Assembly: GCF_003918875.1 (NCBI RefSeq)
Contig: NW_025767313.1
Span: 1,302,001-1,366,000 of the forward strand
Direction: 5' to 3'
Source of the DNA: Haliotis rubra
Taxonomy: Eukaryota
DNA length: 64,000 nucleotides
The position numbers and the translations under genes are program-made. Numbering within the stretch: position 1 is the stretch's first letter; each line of letters begins with the position of its first letter. Positions 1 through 14,969 of the stretch are shown here, piece by piece. Below the pieces are notes generated by a model, which worked only from the letters and a program-made list of their open reading frames with translations, ran no database searches and had not been told where the DNA came from.

Positions 1-1077
1 TATGGTAATCGATTCCACCAGCATCTGGTATATCAACACAGGCTATGGTAATCGATTCCACAAACACATTGTATATCAACACACGCTATGGTAATCGATT
101 CCACCAACATCTGGTATATCAACACACGCTATGGTAATCGATTCCACCAACATCTGGTATATCAGCACTCGCTATGGTAATCGATTCCACAAACACCTTG
201 TATATCAACACACGCTATGGTAATCGATTCCACCAACAACTGGTATATCAACACTCGCTATGGTAATCGATTCCACAAACATCTGGTATATCAGGACACG
301 CTATGGTAATCGAGTCCAACAACATCTGGTATATCAGCACTCGCTATGGTAATCGATTCCACCAACATCTGGTATATCAACACACGCTATGGTAATCGAT
401 TCCACAAACATCTGGTATATCAGCACTCGCTATGGTAATCGATTCCACAAACACCTTGTATATCAACACACGCTATGGTAATCGATTCCACCAACATCTG
501 GTATATCAACACACGCTATGGTAATCGATTCCACCAACATCTGGTATATCAGGACACGCTGTGATAATCGATTCCACCAATATCTGGTATATCAGGACAC
601 GCTATGATAATCGATTCCGCCAACGTCTGGTATATCAGGACACGCTATGGTAATCGATTTCACGGACATGTGGTATATCAAGACACCCTATGGTAATCCA
701 TACCATGAACATCTGGTATATCAGGACACGCTATGGTAATCGATTCCACGGACATGTGGTATATCAAGACTCTCTATGGTAATCGATTCCACGGACATGT
801 GGTATATCAAGACACTCTATGGTAATCGATTCCACGGACATGTGGTATATCAGGACACTATGATAATCGATACCACGGACATGTGGTATATCAAGACTCT
901 CTATGATAATCGATTCCACGGACATGTGGTATATCAAGACTCTCTATGGTAATCGATACCACGGACATCTGGTATATCAGGACACTCTATGGTAATCGAT
1001 ACCACGAACATCTGGTATATCAAGAAGCTCTATGGTAATCGATACCACGGACATCTGGTATATCATGAAACGCTATG
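1..1077. repeat. 43-bp minisatellite array, truncated by the window start
   Basis: Unit GCTATGGTAATCGATTCCACCAACATCTGGTATATCAACACAC; TATGGTA recurs at 1, 44, 87 and onward. The unit drifts to a CCACGGACATGTGGTATATCAAGACTCT variant after ~650. Confidence 0.97.
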
Positions 1078-4000
1078 AAGTTACATCAGACCATTGCATT
1101 GGACATATGTACACGTTTGGATACTCGTATAAATACCATGTCGGTCAGGGCATATGAGATAAACTAGGTCATCCAGAAACTACATTAGTGGGTTCCGGGC
1201 GTGTCTTTTGAACACTACCGCTTGAATTGTTGATAATTGATCGGTATTAGCATGCCACCAAGGACGTGGCATTCACAAACGTATTAATTATTTGGCACTG
1301 CTGTTCTAAAGAGTACTGATGCAGCTGTTAAGGGAGCAGAGACTTGTCAATACCCTTTGGGGATTTTTGAAAAGTGAATTGTGGCTTTTCTTTGGTTTTA
1401 ATAATAAATAGAAAGAAGGCACGCGCGTGGCATTTCTTCCACAACCACCTTCTGTGGTGACTCTGCCACTGGACTCTCCAGTAGGAACTCTGCACCAAAG
1501 TCAACTCTGAAGGTTACGGATGAATTTAACTACATGCATTTAGTGAGCGTAGGCTGAATACCTTGGAAGATGGCAACTTGTTATATTTGTTGTACATGTT
1601 TCAGCATGTTATTATCATGATGTGTATTCTCGTTGCTCGACAATCACAATTACATTTCATTCCAATAATGTCATGACTTGACGATGGACATCGGCATGTG
1701 TTGAAATAAATAATACAAGTTTGACATCTAACACAAATACTCAGAGTAGTATCACTGATTTCTTCCACCTCAGCGTGCTATAAAACGTGATTTGAACGGG
1801 TCATGAAAAGAACGTCATAGTTCTATCGTGTGAATGAGCTGTGTATATTGTCTCATATATACATGAGGTTGTAATGGCGAAGCGCTGCGCCCACGTGTCA
1901 AGCGTCCCACCGAAGACATTTGTATTACGACTGAATTTATTTAACGTGGGTAGAATTAGCATCTCAGTTTCATGAGAATACCATTATAATGTCACGGTGA
2001 AAGATACATTTTGTGCTCAGCACAACAATGAAGAAGTCATGTAGAAGATTTCCCCAAACACCCTGAAGAGAGCGTATATGGTGGGAAACGTTCTTGTAAA
2101 ATAGTCTGTTTTTCTCTCTGTCTTTGGTGTGTGAAAATATCTCATCTTGGTAATGAAGGTCAGGTCTAACACTTAAGCTCATTTGAAAAATGTATCGATC
2201 GAAGATATACAGATGTGGTCCAAAAAGTATTTCTTACCCAAATCATTCTTGAACCAATATTCCTTTTCACACAATTACCCAGCCAGTGGTTAACTGTTGC
2301 AGGAATGACTGATGGCTTAAGATACATACTCAAATTACAAATAATTCTTTCAATTCAATGCAAATACATAAACTAAAAAGTTTGCGTACATTCTTCTGCC
2401 ACTCTGTTTACGATATCATACGTGTATATCATCAAGTTGCTTGATGCCATTTTAAGAGGAGGTCATACAAATTTGGAAATATTGAAGTAAGTTTCATGAT
2501 ACAAGTTGTAATATTAATTCAACCATTAAACGATATCGACATCCTTGTTGAAACGTTATTTGAGATGCATAGAATATCTTCTTCATGTCTAGAGCGTGTA
2601 ATGTTTTCAGATCTAATGGCAAACACGGGAGTGGGCTATCTATTGTTCTGTGGATCTATCAAACCCAAATTTCATATTATCTTATAATGTCATATTCGAG
2701 CATTAGTTTTCATTCAACAGCCTGTACAGTGTTTAATGGCAAAGTGGGTCAATCATTTTTTTAGTATGCAAGGAAAAACACTATCCAAGTCCTCGTTCCC
2801 GAACAATTTGTTATTTTTGCCGTGTTTCCCAAACCTGACAATATGTCATAGAAATCTTTTAGTTGCAAAGATGTTTAGGTTCGACATCCATGACAGGTCT
2901 AAAATAATCTGGATTTTTTTCAGCTTACAAAGAGAGACCATGCACAATTGCTCACGGCTATACTCTCGCAATACGAGCTTTGTTATCAATCACTTCACGA
3001 GTGCAATTATTTATACTTTGAAGAACAGCATTGCATGTCTTTGAGCCAGCGGTTTTTGTCAGTCAAAAAGCACCTAACTGCATTCCGACAGACAATACTT
3101 AGTTGTAAACACATGCTAACACGTGTTCATTGTTGAATAGTTTCATTCAAAAAAACTCATAACTTAACTTGACTGATGAATTGAAGATGAGTCTAGAATC
3201 TGATAAATCATGGCCATGATGGAGTGAGTGAGTGACTACAGGTCACAGACAAATCTCTCTTCTTTAAATCACTGGGTATTGGTGCTGGTAGGTTTGGCAG
3301 GTTTATCATGCATCATGTCTTGTTCATCTGAACATGCTGAAGACACGTTCACTGGAGTTAAAGTTATCTGACTCGGCTAAAACATCACTTTACGTCAGAA
3401 CTGCACTTTGCGTCTGTCTGTCTCACTGACACAATAGAGTAAGAGCATGGTGATCTACAAATTAACCTCAGATGTTTAAGATTTGTATTTTCTTGTCAAA
3501 TGAATTGTTTATGTTATCTTGGGTTTTGATTTATGGTTGTGCTGCTCATGAAAATGTCATATCAGAAGAATTTAGCATGTTTTCTTGACAATGTTCTTTT
3601 TGGGTCTTTTTCATATTTATCACTTTGTTTGAATGAATTATCAAAGCGTTTTCATCGTACCATCTGATTTGATTTGAACGAAAATTATGTAGTACTTAGT
3701 GAAATATTACATGGTATTCGCTTGCGCTAAATAAATAATAAATGTTTGACAAAACGTTTGTATTCTTAAAATAGTGTACTAACCCAAATTGATTTCGCAA
3801 CCACTTTTCTAATTTCTGATGTTATAAATTTGATTAACCATTATATGTTACTATCCTGAACATAAACATCACATGGGTTCACATGAAGACTAGACAATTA
3901 CTGGCCATTAATATGTTTGGTTGTTTTGTTTAAACATTTTTGCAGATCAAACTGTAGTTTACTTGTTAACAATTCCACAACGTTTCAGTAATATTCCAAT

Positions 4001-4389
4001 ATATGTAATACACCATACGACCCGTGCTGTCTCATATGTAAAAACTGACAAAATTACTACAGAAATGTTTTACGATTACCACACTTGAACTTGTAGAGGG
4101 GTGATATTGAATTGTGATTATCTTGAAGGTCATACAGATTCTTAGTTTAAAGTCCTGCATTCTCGATATACTTTCCAAACAATCACAGCCGAAATACTAC
4201 ATGACCATTCAACTACTCCGAGCATATTGGTAAGGGGAGATTCTTGATTTTGAAACTCAGCATTGGTTTTTTCCACGGTAATACGTAAGTTCTCTATTCC
4301 TGTTTAAGTGTTGCTGTGGACAACAGCAATAATAACGTTCTCTATCCGAGCTTCAAATCATTATCTGTGATCAGCTTGGACGGGGACCA

Positions 4390-5415
4390 CTAACGTGATG
4401 AACGAAAAAGGGCTATTGGCATGCTTCAGAATGATCGAACTTAGCCAGTGTGTTGAGCATGTCTCAGTTTGACTGTTTGTAGTCTACCCCCGCACTCTCC
4501 AATACTGGGGGTACATGACGGCCGTTTCTCAGTATTCGAGTCTGGACCAGACATTCCAGTGACTCTCATCATGAGCATCGATGTAAGCATTTGGAAACGA
4601 TGACATGCAGCAACCAAGTCAGCAAGTCTGACCACCTCATCCCGTTAGTCCACGATCCATTAAGCAGAAAACAGGTTTTGAGAAAGCGCGCCCAAAAGCC
4701 CGTCGACTCTCTGTTCACTTACACCAGGCCAATGGACTTCAAGTTACTGACTACAAATCTGCACGTTCATCGTCCACGTGCTTGACCACGTGGACAAATC
4801 GACACATTCTAGCCATACGCCAGTGGTGTTTAGAGCATAAAAACTGGGGGAATTGCCGATGGTCGCATGTAATGTCGTCGGAGGCGTCCAGATTCACTCT
4901 GGGATTTCTTGACGTGGACATGTCTGTAGGCGTCTCATGGAATGCTATTCGGGGGTGGGTGTTTGATATCCTGGGATCGCCAGGACTGGCAGGACGAAAC
5001 TGCACATTTACCACGGAAGGGTCACACTACATCACTACCGAGGCATAAACTGGAGACGAACACCGAGACCAAACCCTACTTGGCCAGAGGCTGCCAAAGA
5101 AGAGGACAACAATCCTTCAAATCGTCTTTTGGAGATCGATTGAGGCCATGCTACGTCGTATGAACGAATGTTTGAGCAATTGAAGGGTTATGACCTATTA
5201 TTGATCCTGTCATCTCAAACGTTCGTGGTTTTACTTCACACTTCTGTCGTCTTTCTTGGTTATTTTCACCCCTGCAATACACTACCAACATGTTCTGTTG
5301 GTTGTTATCTTACACCTCATTCCTTTGTTCTTAACCACCCATTCCCATGAATCGACACTACATTAAATTTCTGTAATAATCTGTTAGTTTCGAATACCTA
5401 CATTCGTGTGCAGTG
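4390..5415 (+). mobile_element. Degenerate Tc1/mariner transposon remnant
   Basis: Fragments ERKRAIGMLQ (HTH start) and W..VMSSEASRFTL (resembles Tc1 WxxVLFSDESRF) with frameshifts. Interrupted by a SINE fragment at ~4530-4650. Boundaries approximate. Confidence 0.65.
4530..4650 (-). mobile_element. SINE family A fragment inserted in the Tc1 remnant
   Basis: TCGAGTCTGGACCAGACATTCCAGTGA...CCAAGTCAGC...ATCCCGTTAGTC matches the internal body of the copy at 25055-25305. Confidence 0.75.
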
Positions 5416-5793
5416 TTTGTTACATTGAGATAGACATTATCAACAAACAAGTTCATTTCTGACATGATGTAGACATCAGCTATACAGAAGTGTCGGAATG
5501 TGTACAAGCGCAATACCCAGGCTGTGGTTTACACTGTCGTGGTTTACACACACACAAACTGGCTCAAGCCAAGTCATCCTTCTTGCTGATGTGGTATAGC
5601 GTTGGTCTACAGCCATGACATGGTCCTTTCTTCCTGACATGTGTCTGATGCCATTCTTTACCACTTATGTTATGTAACGTGACTGTAGCCAATATTCTTC
5701 ACACGTCATATACCGTGGCCAGACCCGGGTTTTTACTTCATACATGTGTCCTGTATGGAACATTTTCGATTTAGTACAGTTTCAGTGTGAGAG

Positions 5794-6029
5794 ATCCGTG
5801 AAGATCCGGGTTAGAATTGATCTTCAGTAACCCATGCATGTCATAAGAGGCAACTAACGGGATCGGGTTCTCAGGTTCGCTGACTTGGTTGACACATGTC
5901 ATCGTATCCTAATTGCGTAGATCGATGCTCATGGTGTTGATCACTAGATTGTCTGATCCAGACTCCATTATTTACGGACCGCCGCCATATATCTGGAATA
6001 TTGCGGCGTAAAACTTAACTCACTCACTC
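5794..6029 (+). mobile_element. SINE-like retroposon family A (headless, ~240 bp, (ACTC)n tail)
   Basis: Starts CCGTGAAGATCCGGGTTAG and ends GCGGCGTAAAACTTAACTCACTCACTC. Homologous to copies at 12957, 23038, 25055, 28775 and 43583. Confidence 0.9.
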
Positions 6030-8674
6030 GCTACAATGTGAGATCTGGCTGAATGTGTCTCGTTCCATTTTTTGCACAATCTGTGCAGTACTGTGTGATC
6101 TGGTCGGTGTTTGCTAACAGTGTCACTTTGCTGATTGCTGTGAAAATGTGCGGGCTGCGTGTACTTGTACTTCGTAATGCTTATGCTATCAACCACTAGC
6201 ATTCCTGGCCATAGGTCGACTGTCAGCAACCATGCTGAGAGTGGCGTCGAGTAGTTCCCATCCTTTCCAATAATGAAGCATTAACCCACACAGGCCTGTG
6301 TAGTTAGGTCCACCGAGTACTTTACTGGTGGTGGCAAAGAGCCTTATCTTCTCAACGCATAAAAACAGTCATCGCCTTAATAAAATCATAAGCGTAGCAA
6401 ATGTTGTATTGGATGCTCGCACCACCATCCCTAGAGAGATCCCAGTCTCGCTTCCCTAGAAGTATTTCACCGGTCGCCCCTTGAGCTGAAGGTCGAAATA
6501 GCGATGAACAGTATTCAAGCAATTAATAGACAGGACATATACTGAAATCAAACAAATTGATTGAAAAAAGAATCACGCAAGGTGTCATTCCTCTATTCAT
6601 ATCTGATGTAGAAAATATCAACGGGATAGTTTTTACACGACAACTTGGTGCTTCTCGAGCAATGGGGAGTGTACACGAGCTGAAAATCGAAGTAGACCAT
6701 GTTAGCTTGCGTGGGAGGTAGTCAAACAAAATACATTGAGTTTGTAAACCGAGGCTGCAGGTACTTGAAAAAGCTCCTAGTCAATGGTGCGTTCGAGCTG
6801 TACGTTCTAGTGTTACAAACTGCTGTTCTGGAAGATACGGCGCTATAAGAAATAGCTGCAAACCGACATTTATGACATGATGTGACGCAACGATGAAAGA
6901 ACACACTTTATTCTTGTAACACATTATTTTAAACATTTCCTTGCGTCGTAAAATAGTCTTGTCTTTATTCCGTTTGAAGAAGGAAAACGTCAAATTTTAT
7001 TACAGTCTTGATGTCTCAATAAGCAAGAACAATCGAGGCAATTTACCACTAGGACCATGGGGTTCAAGTGTTTTTGCTTATGTGTCAGTAACCAATGAAA
7101 GCAATCGATAATTTAAGGGGTAAAAATTACACGAGACACCAGTGACATACACTCATTGTGGGACATACAGGGACGTGTGTTTGAGGTGCAGTTTTAGCCA
7201 TGACTGATGCTGTTCGATGTCTACTGAAATACCAGCAATATGTTTACTTCAAATACGACCCTATTGGGGATGCAGTTTTCAACAGGGAAGACGTGGAACC
7301 AGTATTATTCAGTAACGCGATCAGTTGGAACGGTCTTGAACGCTTGTATATTATTAAGATAATGTGACTGGTATACCCCTGAGAACATTATCAAGTAGGT
7401 TTACATTTCTGTCTCGGCAAAATAATTTACTATAACATATTGCCTCGGTGGCTGAATAGTGAATGGATTGCGTCATCATCTATGGTAATATTTTACGACT
7501 TACGTCACCAACGACCGACGGAAGACGTTCCAGCTGTTCATGTCCCAGAAGGTCTGTACCAGCAATGTGAAGATGATCACGAAATCAGTGCTGCTATCAC
7601 CTGCTCTTAGTAATGCCTCAGGTTACTGATATAGATACATGACGTGAAAAACGTCAATGAACAGTTCGTCCAAACGCCACCTCGGGTGAAAATCCTGACA
7701 AATGAAGGATAACAGTCGCAACGTTTTCAATATGTCACGTTTAATCTGATGTTGTATCTGTCCAGCGCGGCTTCTCGGAACATCAATTTAATATCCCGCT
7801 CAAGTCTGCCGCCGCAGCAGCTGGAACATTTTCGTCAGGAGATGCAAATCTTTATAGAAACTTAGCTTGCCTTGCTGAAGGCCCCTGACAGAAGGATCAT
7901 GTGTAAATGCCCCAGGTCGGAGAGCCGATATCCCACCCATTGGTGCCACTGAGAAGTAGTTCGGTCCGTTGTTAGTTGCTCCACACTACAATCAGGTCTA
8001 CAATTGCAAGCACATCCCTAATACATATGAGAGTAGGTGGGCATCTCACCTTTGTCCATTATCAGTATTGAGATTGTGTTACTAGCGTTGGGGATAGAAT
8101 AGCGATATAAGCAAAATGTCAAATGTCAATGATGTAGTTGCTATAAAATGTCCCTATTGACAAGTACGAACATCAGCCGGGCTGTCTACTCAATGAGATG
8201 AGTTGACAGAAAGAACGTTAATGTCCCCCTCTCGCTGGAATGTCGCTGTCGCCGGCAACATTCCCAGCGATTTGGAGAAAAGTTGGAATCGTCTCATTTT
8301 TTCATATAGACTATTCAAATTGAACATAATACATTCAGGTATCAAATATAGGCTGGATCATGCAAATCATTCAGCTTTTTCCATCTTCGTGACGTCTTAC
8401 TGAGATGTTGGAAGTGCAATTGGTAACAGAGGTTGTTGAGATTCCGGTAAGGTACGATGAGAATAATAAGCAATGTTGCAAGTGCAAATACTAACAATTT
8501 CTTGCAAGAATAGTAAGCAATGTGTTATTGTAAGAACACAAGCAATGGGTTCTTGCAAGTGCAATACATAAATGCATGCAAGTGAAGTAAGCAACGTATG
8601 CACAGTTCCCGACATATATATTGTTGCAAATTCGGTTACTTAAGCAGGTAGTTATTAAGCCAGACAACGGCTAG

Positions 8675-11600
8675 ACTGTACCAACAATTACAATGTGTAG
8701 AGTATATGCTGCAAGAATAATGTGCAACATGTGCTGCAAGTACAATGTGTAACATGTGTGTTGCAAGTATAATGTGTAAACGTGTATTCTGCAAGCACAA
8801 TGTGTAAGATGTGCGTTGCAAATAATAATGCATAACGTGTGTGCTGCAATTACAATGTGCACCGTGTGTGCTGCAATTACAATGTGTAACCTGTATTCTG
8901 CATGTACAATGTGCAACGTGTGTGCAGCAATTACAGTGTGTAACGTATGTGCAGCAATTACATTGTGTAACCTGTATTCTGCATGTACAATGTGTAACGT
9001 GTGTGCAGCAACTACAATGTGTAACCTGTATTCTGCATGTACAATCTGCAACGAGTGTGCAGCAATTACAGTGTGTAACGTATGTGCAGCAATTACATTG
9101 TGTAACCTGTATTCTGCATTTAGGATGTGTAACGTGAGTGCAGCAATTACAATGTGTAACCTGTATTCTGCATGTACAAGGTGCAACGTGTGTGCAGCAA
9201 TTACAATGTGTAACCTGTATTCTGCATGTACAAGGTGCAACGTGTGTGCAGCAAATACAGTGTGTAACGTATGTGCAGCAAGTACAATGTGCAACGTGTG
9301 TGCTGCAAGTACAGTGTGTAACGTATCTGCAGCAAGTACAATGTGCAACGTGTGTGCTGCAAGTACAATGTGTAACGTGTGTGCTGCAAGTACAATGTGT
9401 ACATGTGTGTAACGTGTGTGCAGCAAGTACAATGTGCAACGTGTGTGCAGCACTTACAATGTTTAACCTGTATTCTGCATGTACAATGTGTTACGTGTGT
9501 GCAGTAATTACAATGTGTAACCTGTATTCTGCATGTACAATGTGTTACGTGTGTGCAGCAATTACAATGTGTAACCTGTATTCTGCATGTACAATGTGTT
9601 ACCTGTGTGCAGCAATTACAATGTTTAACCTGTATTCTGCATGTACAATGTGTTACCTGTGTGCAGCATTTACAATGTGTAATCTGTATTCTGCATGTAC
9701 AATGTGTTACGTGTGTGCAGCAATTACAATGTGTAACCTGTATTCTGCATGTACAATGTGTTACGTGTGTGCAGCAATTACAATGTTTAACCTGTATTCT
9801 GCATGTACAATGTGTTACGTGTGTGCAGCCATTACAATGTGTAACCTGTATTCTGCATGTACAATGTGTTACGTGTGTGCAGCAATTACAATGTGTAACG
9901 TGAGTGTTGCACGTACAATGTGTTACGTGTGTGCAGCAATTACAATGTGTAACCTGTATTCTGCAATTACAATGTGTTACGTGTGTGCAGCAATTACAAT
10001 GTTTAACCTGTATTCTACATGTACAATGTGTTGCGTGTGTGCAGCAATTACAATGTGTTACGTGTGTACAGCAATTACAATGTGTAACCTGTATTCTGCA
10101 TGTACAGTGTGTTACGTGTGTGCAGCAATTACAATGTGTAACCTGTATTCTGCAATTACAATGTGTTACGTGTGTGTAGCAATTACAATGTTTAACTTGT
10201 ATTCTGCATGTACAATGTGTTACGTGTGTGTAGCAATTACAATGTTTAACCTGTATTCTGCATGTACAATGTGTTACGTGTGTGCAGCAATTACAATGTG
10301 TAACCTGTATTCTGCAATTACAATGTGTTACGTGTGTGCAGCAATTACAATGTTTAACCTGTATTCTGCATGTACAATGTGTTACGTGTGTGCAGCAATT
10401 ACAATGTGTTACGTGTGTGCAGCAATTACAATGTGTAACCTGTATTCTGCAATTACAATGTGTTACGTGTATGAAGCAATTACAATGTGTAACCTGTATT
10501 CTGCATGTACAATGTGTTACGTGTGTGCAGCAATTACAATGTTTAACCTGTATTCTGCATGTACAATGTGTTACGTGTGTGCAGCAATTACAATGTGTAA
10601 CCTGTGTTCTGCAATTACAATGTGTTACGTGTGTGCAGCAATTACAATGTTTAACCTGTATTCTGCAATTACAATGTGTTACGTGTGTGCAGCAATTACA
10701 ATGTGTAACCTGTATTCTGCATGTACAATGTGTTACGTGTGTGCAGCAATTACAATGTTTAACCTGTATTCTGCATGTACAATGTGTTACGTGTGTGCAG
10801 CAATTACAATGTTTAACCTGTATTCTGCATGTACAATGTGTTACGTGTGTGCAGCAATTACAATGTGTAACCTGTATTCTGCATGTACAATGTGTTACGT
10901 GTGTGCAGCAATTACAATGTTTAACCTGTATTCTGCATGTACAATGTGTTACGTGTGTGCAGCAATTACAATGTGTTACGTGTGTGCAGCAATTACAATG
11001 TGTAACCTGTATTCTGCAACCTGTACAATGTGTTACGTGTGTGAAGCAATTACAATGTGTAACCTGTATTCTGCATGTACAATGTGTTACGTGTGTGCAG
11101 CAATTACAATGTTTAACCTGTATTCTGCATGTACAATGTGTTACGTGTGTGCAGCAATTACAATGTGTAACCTGTGTTCTGCAATTACAATGTGTTACGT
11201 GTGTGCAGCAATTACAATGTTTAACCTGTATTCTGCAATTACAATGTGTTACGTGTGTGCAGCAATTACAATGTGTAACCTGTATTCTGCAATTACATGT
11301 AACCTGTATTGTGTTACGTTACGATGTGTGCAGCAATTACAATGTTTAACCTGTATTCTGCATGTACAATGTGTTACGTGTGTGCAGCAATTACAATGTT
11401 TAACCTGTATTCTGCATGTACAATGTGTTACGTGTGTGCAGCAATTACAATGTGTAACCTGCATTCTGCATGTACAATGTGTTACGTGTGTGCAGCAATT
11501 ACAATGTTTAACCTGTATTCTGCATGTACAATGTGTTACGTGTGTGCAGCAATTACAATGTTTAACGTATGTGCTGCTAGTACAATTTGTAGCATGTGTG

Positions 11601-11825
11601 TAGCAAATATGTGTAGCAAATTATAAAATGGAATGTGTGTGTATTGCAAATGCTATGGGTAAATATGTGTTGCAAGTACAATGTGTAACGTGAGTGTTGG
11701 AAATAATAATGCATAACGTGTGTGCTTCAAGTACAATGTTTAACGTGTGTGCTGCAAATACAATATTTAACGTATATGTTGCAAGTGCAATGTGTAATGT
11801 GTGTACTGCAAATACAATGTGTAAG
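8675..11825. repeat. 27-bp minisatellite with 54-bp dimeric higher-order unit
   Basis: Alternating TACAATGTGTTACGTGTGTGCAGCAAT / TACAATGTGTAACCTGTATTCTGCATG monomers. Degenerate flanks extend to ~8400 and ~11930. Confidence 0.97.
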
Positions 11826-12956
11826 TTGCAAATAAACTGAATAACGCTTATGTTGTGTAATGTGATGTAGCAGTTACGTCGAAGGTATAGTGAGTAATGT
11901 TTTTGTTACAAGTATAATATGTAATGTCTGTGTACTACCGTGTCATGCCACTGCCACACTCTCCATGGAAGCCGAGTAACACGTAGACAAACAAAATGCA
12001 TCAGATACCACAATGACAGGTTTGCATTAGCACATCACCATGGCATAACGGTTAGATGCCTCCACATCGATCAAAACCTGCAACCACATCACTGCAACAG
12101 TACGTATGTCTGATGTATAGACTCATTCTCTAACGGTGACAAGACACGCGCTTCAAATACATTAGTTTCAATTAACACTGGACAGAATAAATACTTCTGC
12201 CATCAAATAGAGACAAATATAATGGCACGAATACACATTTCATGTCGACTTCTCGTTTTTTATGGAATTGAATGCAATGTGACCGATGTATTTGAAACGT
12301 TCATATGGTATTTTCTGCTGCAACAAACGGTAGTTTGACCTATGAATATCCCTAGTCGTCTCTATTGGTCTAACGGATGCACATATTTGACTAATTAAGT
12401 ATACAGACAGGTTAATGTAGATTCCATTGTGGATATTCCGGTCCAGTGTACTTGCCGATAGATAACCGTCAATCTCATCAGTGTCCCGGGGGATCAGCAT
12501 GCAAACACGTGCCATGAACATTTGTATAGCTCCCTAACACTGCACTCAGCACTCTGTGACGTGAACATATATTGGTAGGTTTCAGATTAACAAGATATAG
12601 ATGTGTCACCTAATATTTTGTTTCCTCTTTCATTTCGGATTACGATTTCCGTGACCACATATGAAGTTTGACATAGTTCATGTGTTCAGTAAATATAGAA
12701 ATATGTGTAGTAACTCAATGTTTTGTTTTTTTGACATAGAAACTTGTTTCTGAAAGTGAAAATGACCTTTTTGCTCCTGACGAAAACAAGACAATCTAGA
12801 GCACAAAGTATATATGGATTTCTTCTGTTAGTGTTATCGCCTATACGTAGGTACAGTTTGGCTCCACGGTTCTGTCTGTTCTCATACTGATAGTTCAAAG
12901 CCATATAAGTGCATTTGTGGCGTGAAAGCATCTGGAATGATCAAAAAGCTACTGTC

Positions 12957-13174
12957 AGAGTGGACGTTTTTGGCCGCACTCAGCAATATTCCTGCTATAT
13001 GGCGGACGTCTGTAAATAATATAGACCAGACAATCCAGTGATCAACAACATGAGCATCGATCTACGCAATTTGGATAAGATGACTTATGTCAACAATGTC
13101 AGCGAGTCTGACCCCCGATCCCGTGGTTGCTGAAGACCAATTCTAACCCGGATCTAACCCGGATCTTCACGGGT
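12957..13174 (-). mobile_element. SINE family A copy with internal deletion and a small duplication
   Basis: Reverse complement begins ACCCGTGAAGATCCGGGTTAG; tail GCCGCACTCAGCAATATT on the plus strand. Confidence 0.88.
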
Positions 13175-13505
13175 GTTAATAACAGAACAACACAGTAGTC
13201 AAGAAGATTCACCCATGAGTGAATTATCAATGAACCCCATCCACATCTTTAGAGAACGTCACCCATGTGTGAAGACAAGACTACAAAATGGGGTGCTTCT
13301 CGATCAAAAGACACACTTGACAAGATACGGGTCAACCTCAAGTACATGTTCAATCAGGAAACATAATGTTCATGACATGAGATTAACATCAACGGAATCG
13401 GCGGTAATAAACATTTGACCAAAACAAATACAAACGTTACGAAAACGTTACACGGCTGAAAACAATTGCCAAAACACTGCAGACTGAGGATCCCAAACAC
13501 AACTA

Positions 13506-14029
13506 CAAATCCCGATGAGTCGAATCTCTGGGGACCAAGTAATAAATTCGACTTATCGATGTATTCGAGACATAGGTATGTCTATGAGGGTAGAAAAAAA
13601 GATGATCCAGTCCTAATTCCTCCGCCTAAGCATTTGTTTATCTAATGATTTCCCTATCACTAATAGGGGCACCTTATCAGTTCCAGTCTGATTAGCACAG
13701 ACAGTGATTTTCCTAAAATCACTAATCTGCCTTTTGAACACACCCGTCAAAGGCGGAAAGGTGTGAGCCGCGCTTTAATTGGATCAGTTTGCTACACCAA
13801 TCAACTTCTCATTGACTGACTTCGGCTTATGTTTACAAGATTGCTGTTGTTTGAATCTGATGGTACCAAATTTTCTTCTCGAGTCATCGTGTGTATTTAT
13901 GAGTCGAATTCGTGTCACCGGTATTCAAATGATGACAACTATAACAGGGAATGGTCGGGACCGACAGGTACTTCGAGTTATGCAAAATATATTCGAGACA
14001 CCGGCATTCGACCCATCGGGATTTGACTG
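13506..14029. mobile_element. MITE, Tc1/pogo-like TIRs
   Basis: Left CAAATCCCGATGAGTCGAA is inverted to right TTCGACCCATCGGGATTTGACTG. Subterminal TTCGAG motifs; no coding capacity. Confidence 0.7.
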
Positions 14030-14969
14030 TTTATTGCCGTATCAATACACCGATGTCTACTCAGTATTTTGTTTGTTTCAAGTTCAGACAGCATTAAACA
14101 TGGTGTTTACTCTCCTCAGTCTGGCACTTCATATCACGGGAATGGATTGACGTCAGTCCCATCAGCAGGCATGACGCAGTATATGTTAATGAGGGAAGAT
14201 TAACGTCACCCATATCGGCGGTCAGGACTGTTGCGAATGACAACAGTTAGTGATTCGTGTCATTCCTGTCGGCAAGGTTGAGGCAGCCTGTGTCAATGAC
14301 AGTGGACGAAGGTCACTCGTGTAGATTGTTCAGATCGTACTGTTCAAGCCATAGTTGGACAACTGCATACACGAAAGACGAAACATCGTGCCGCCACTAA
14401 ATATCTTCCAGCAAATGCATATCAGAATATAAGGTCACAACATTGTCTCTCCCACGCATATGAGAAAAGTTTAAGGAAGCAGCCAAAACCTTGCATTTAT
14501 GTAACTATATGTAGGAAAATAGTCGATAGTCTAAATAATCACGGACACACTTCCCAAACACGAGACAACAAAGAAAGGGCAGGATAATAGGAGGGTAAAT
14601 AATACCGCTGCCGCACTTGATTGTTCGCTTTTCGTTAAACAAACGGTCACGAGGAACCAGCACAAGAGCACACAATCATGGTCATGTAGAGACGGCCATA
14701 TTAACGTCACGCCACTCATATGCAATAAAAAGTGGTCGGACCAGTGTGTCCTTCCAACCGCGGATTGGACTATGGATCTACATTGTCAGGAGTATGTAGT
14801 CGAGATTATCGGCAGTTGACGAGCGTGTCTGGTGCCTCTCCAACGTAATTCGCGCGACGTCCATAACCGGCGGTTCATATACGTAGCCTATGGCATTAGT
14901 AGAGACCGAAGTAGGCAGTCTTACGTTATTTTACTGAGTGCTTACGTACGTACACTACAACGTCATTAG

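Noticed and set aside
1-1077. CRISPR-like array or Kelch-derived (VGG) coding repeat
   Set aside because: Units are contiguous with no unique spacers, there are no cas genes and the context is eukaryotic. The 43-bp period is not a codon multiple, and the VGG match is trivial.
1970-3900. Possible decayed transposase or LINE on the minus strand
   Set aside because: Only faint motif resemblance with many stops; cannot be supported without a profile search.
9138-11603. 821-aa Cys-rich ORF (metallothionein/keratin-associated-like) and overlapping ORFs
   Set aside because: Open in several frames on both strands because of a stop-poor 27-bp unit. It has a non-ATG start and no unique flanking coding sequence.
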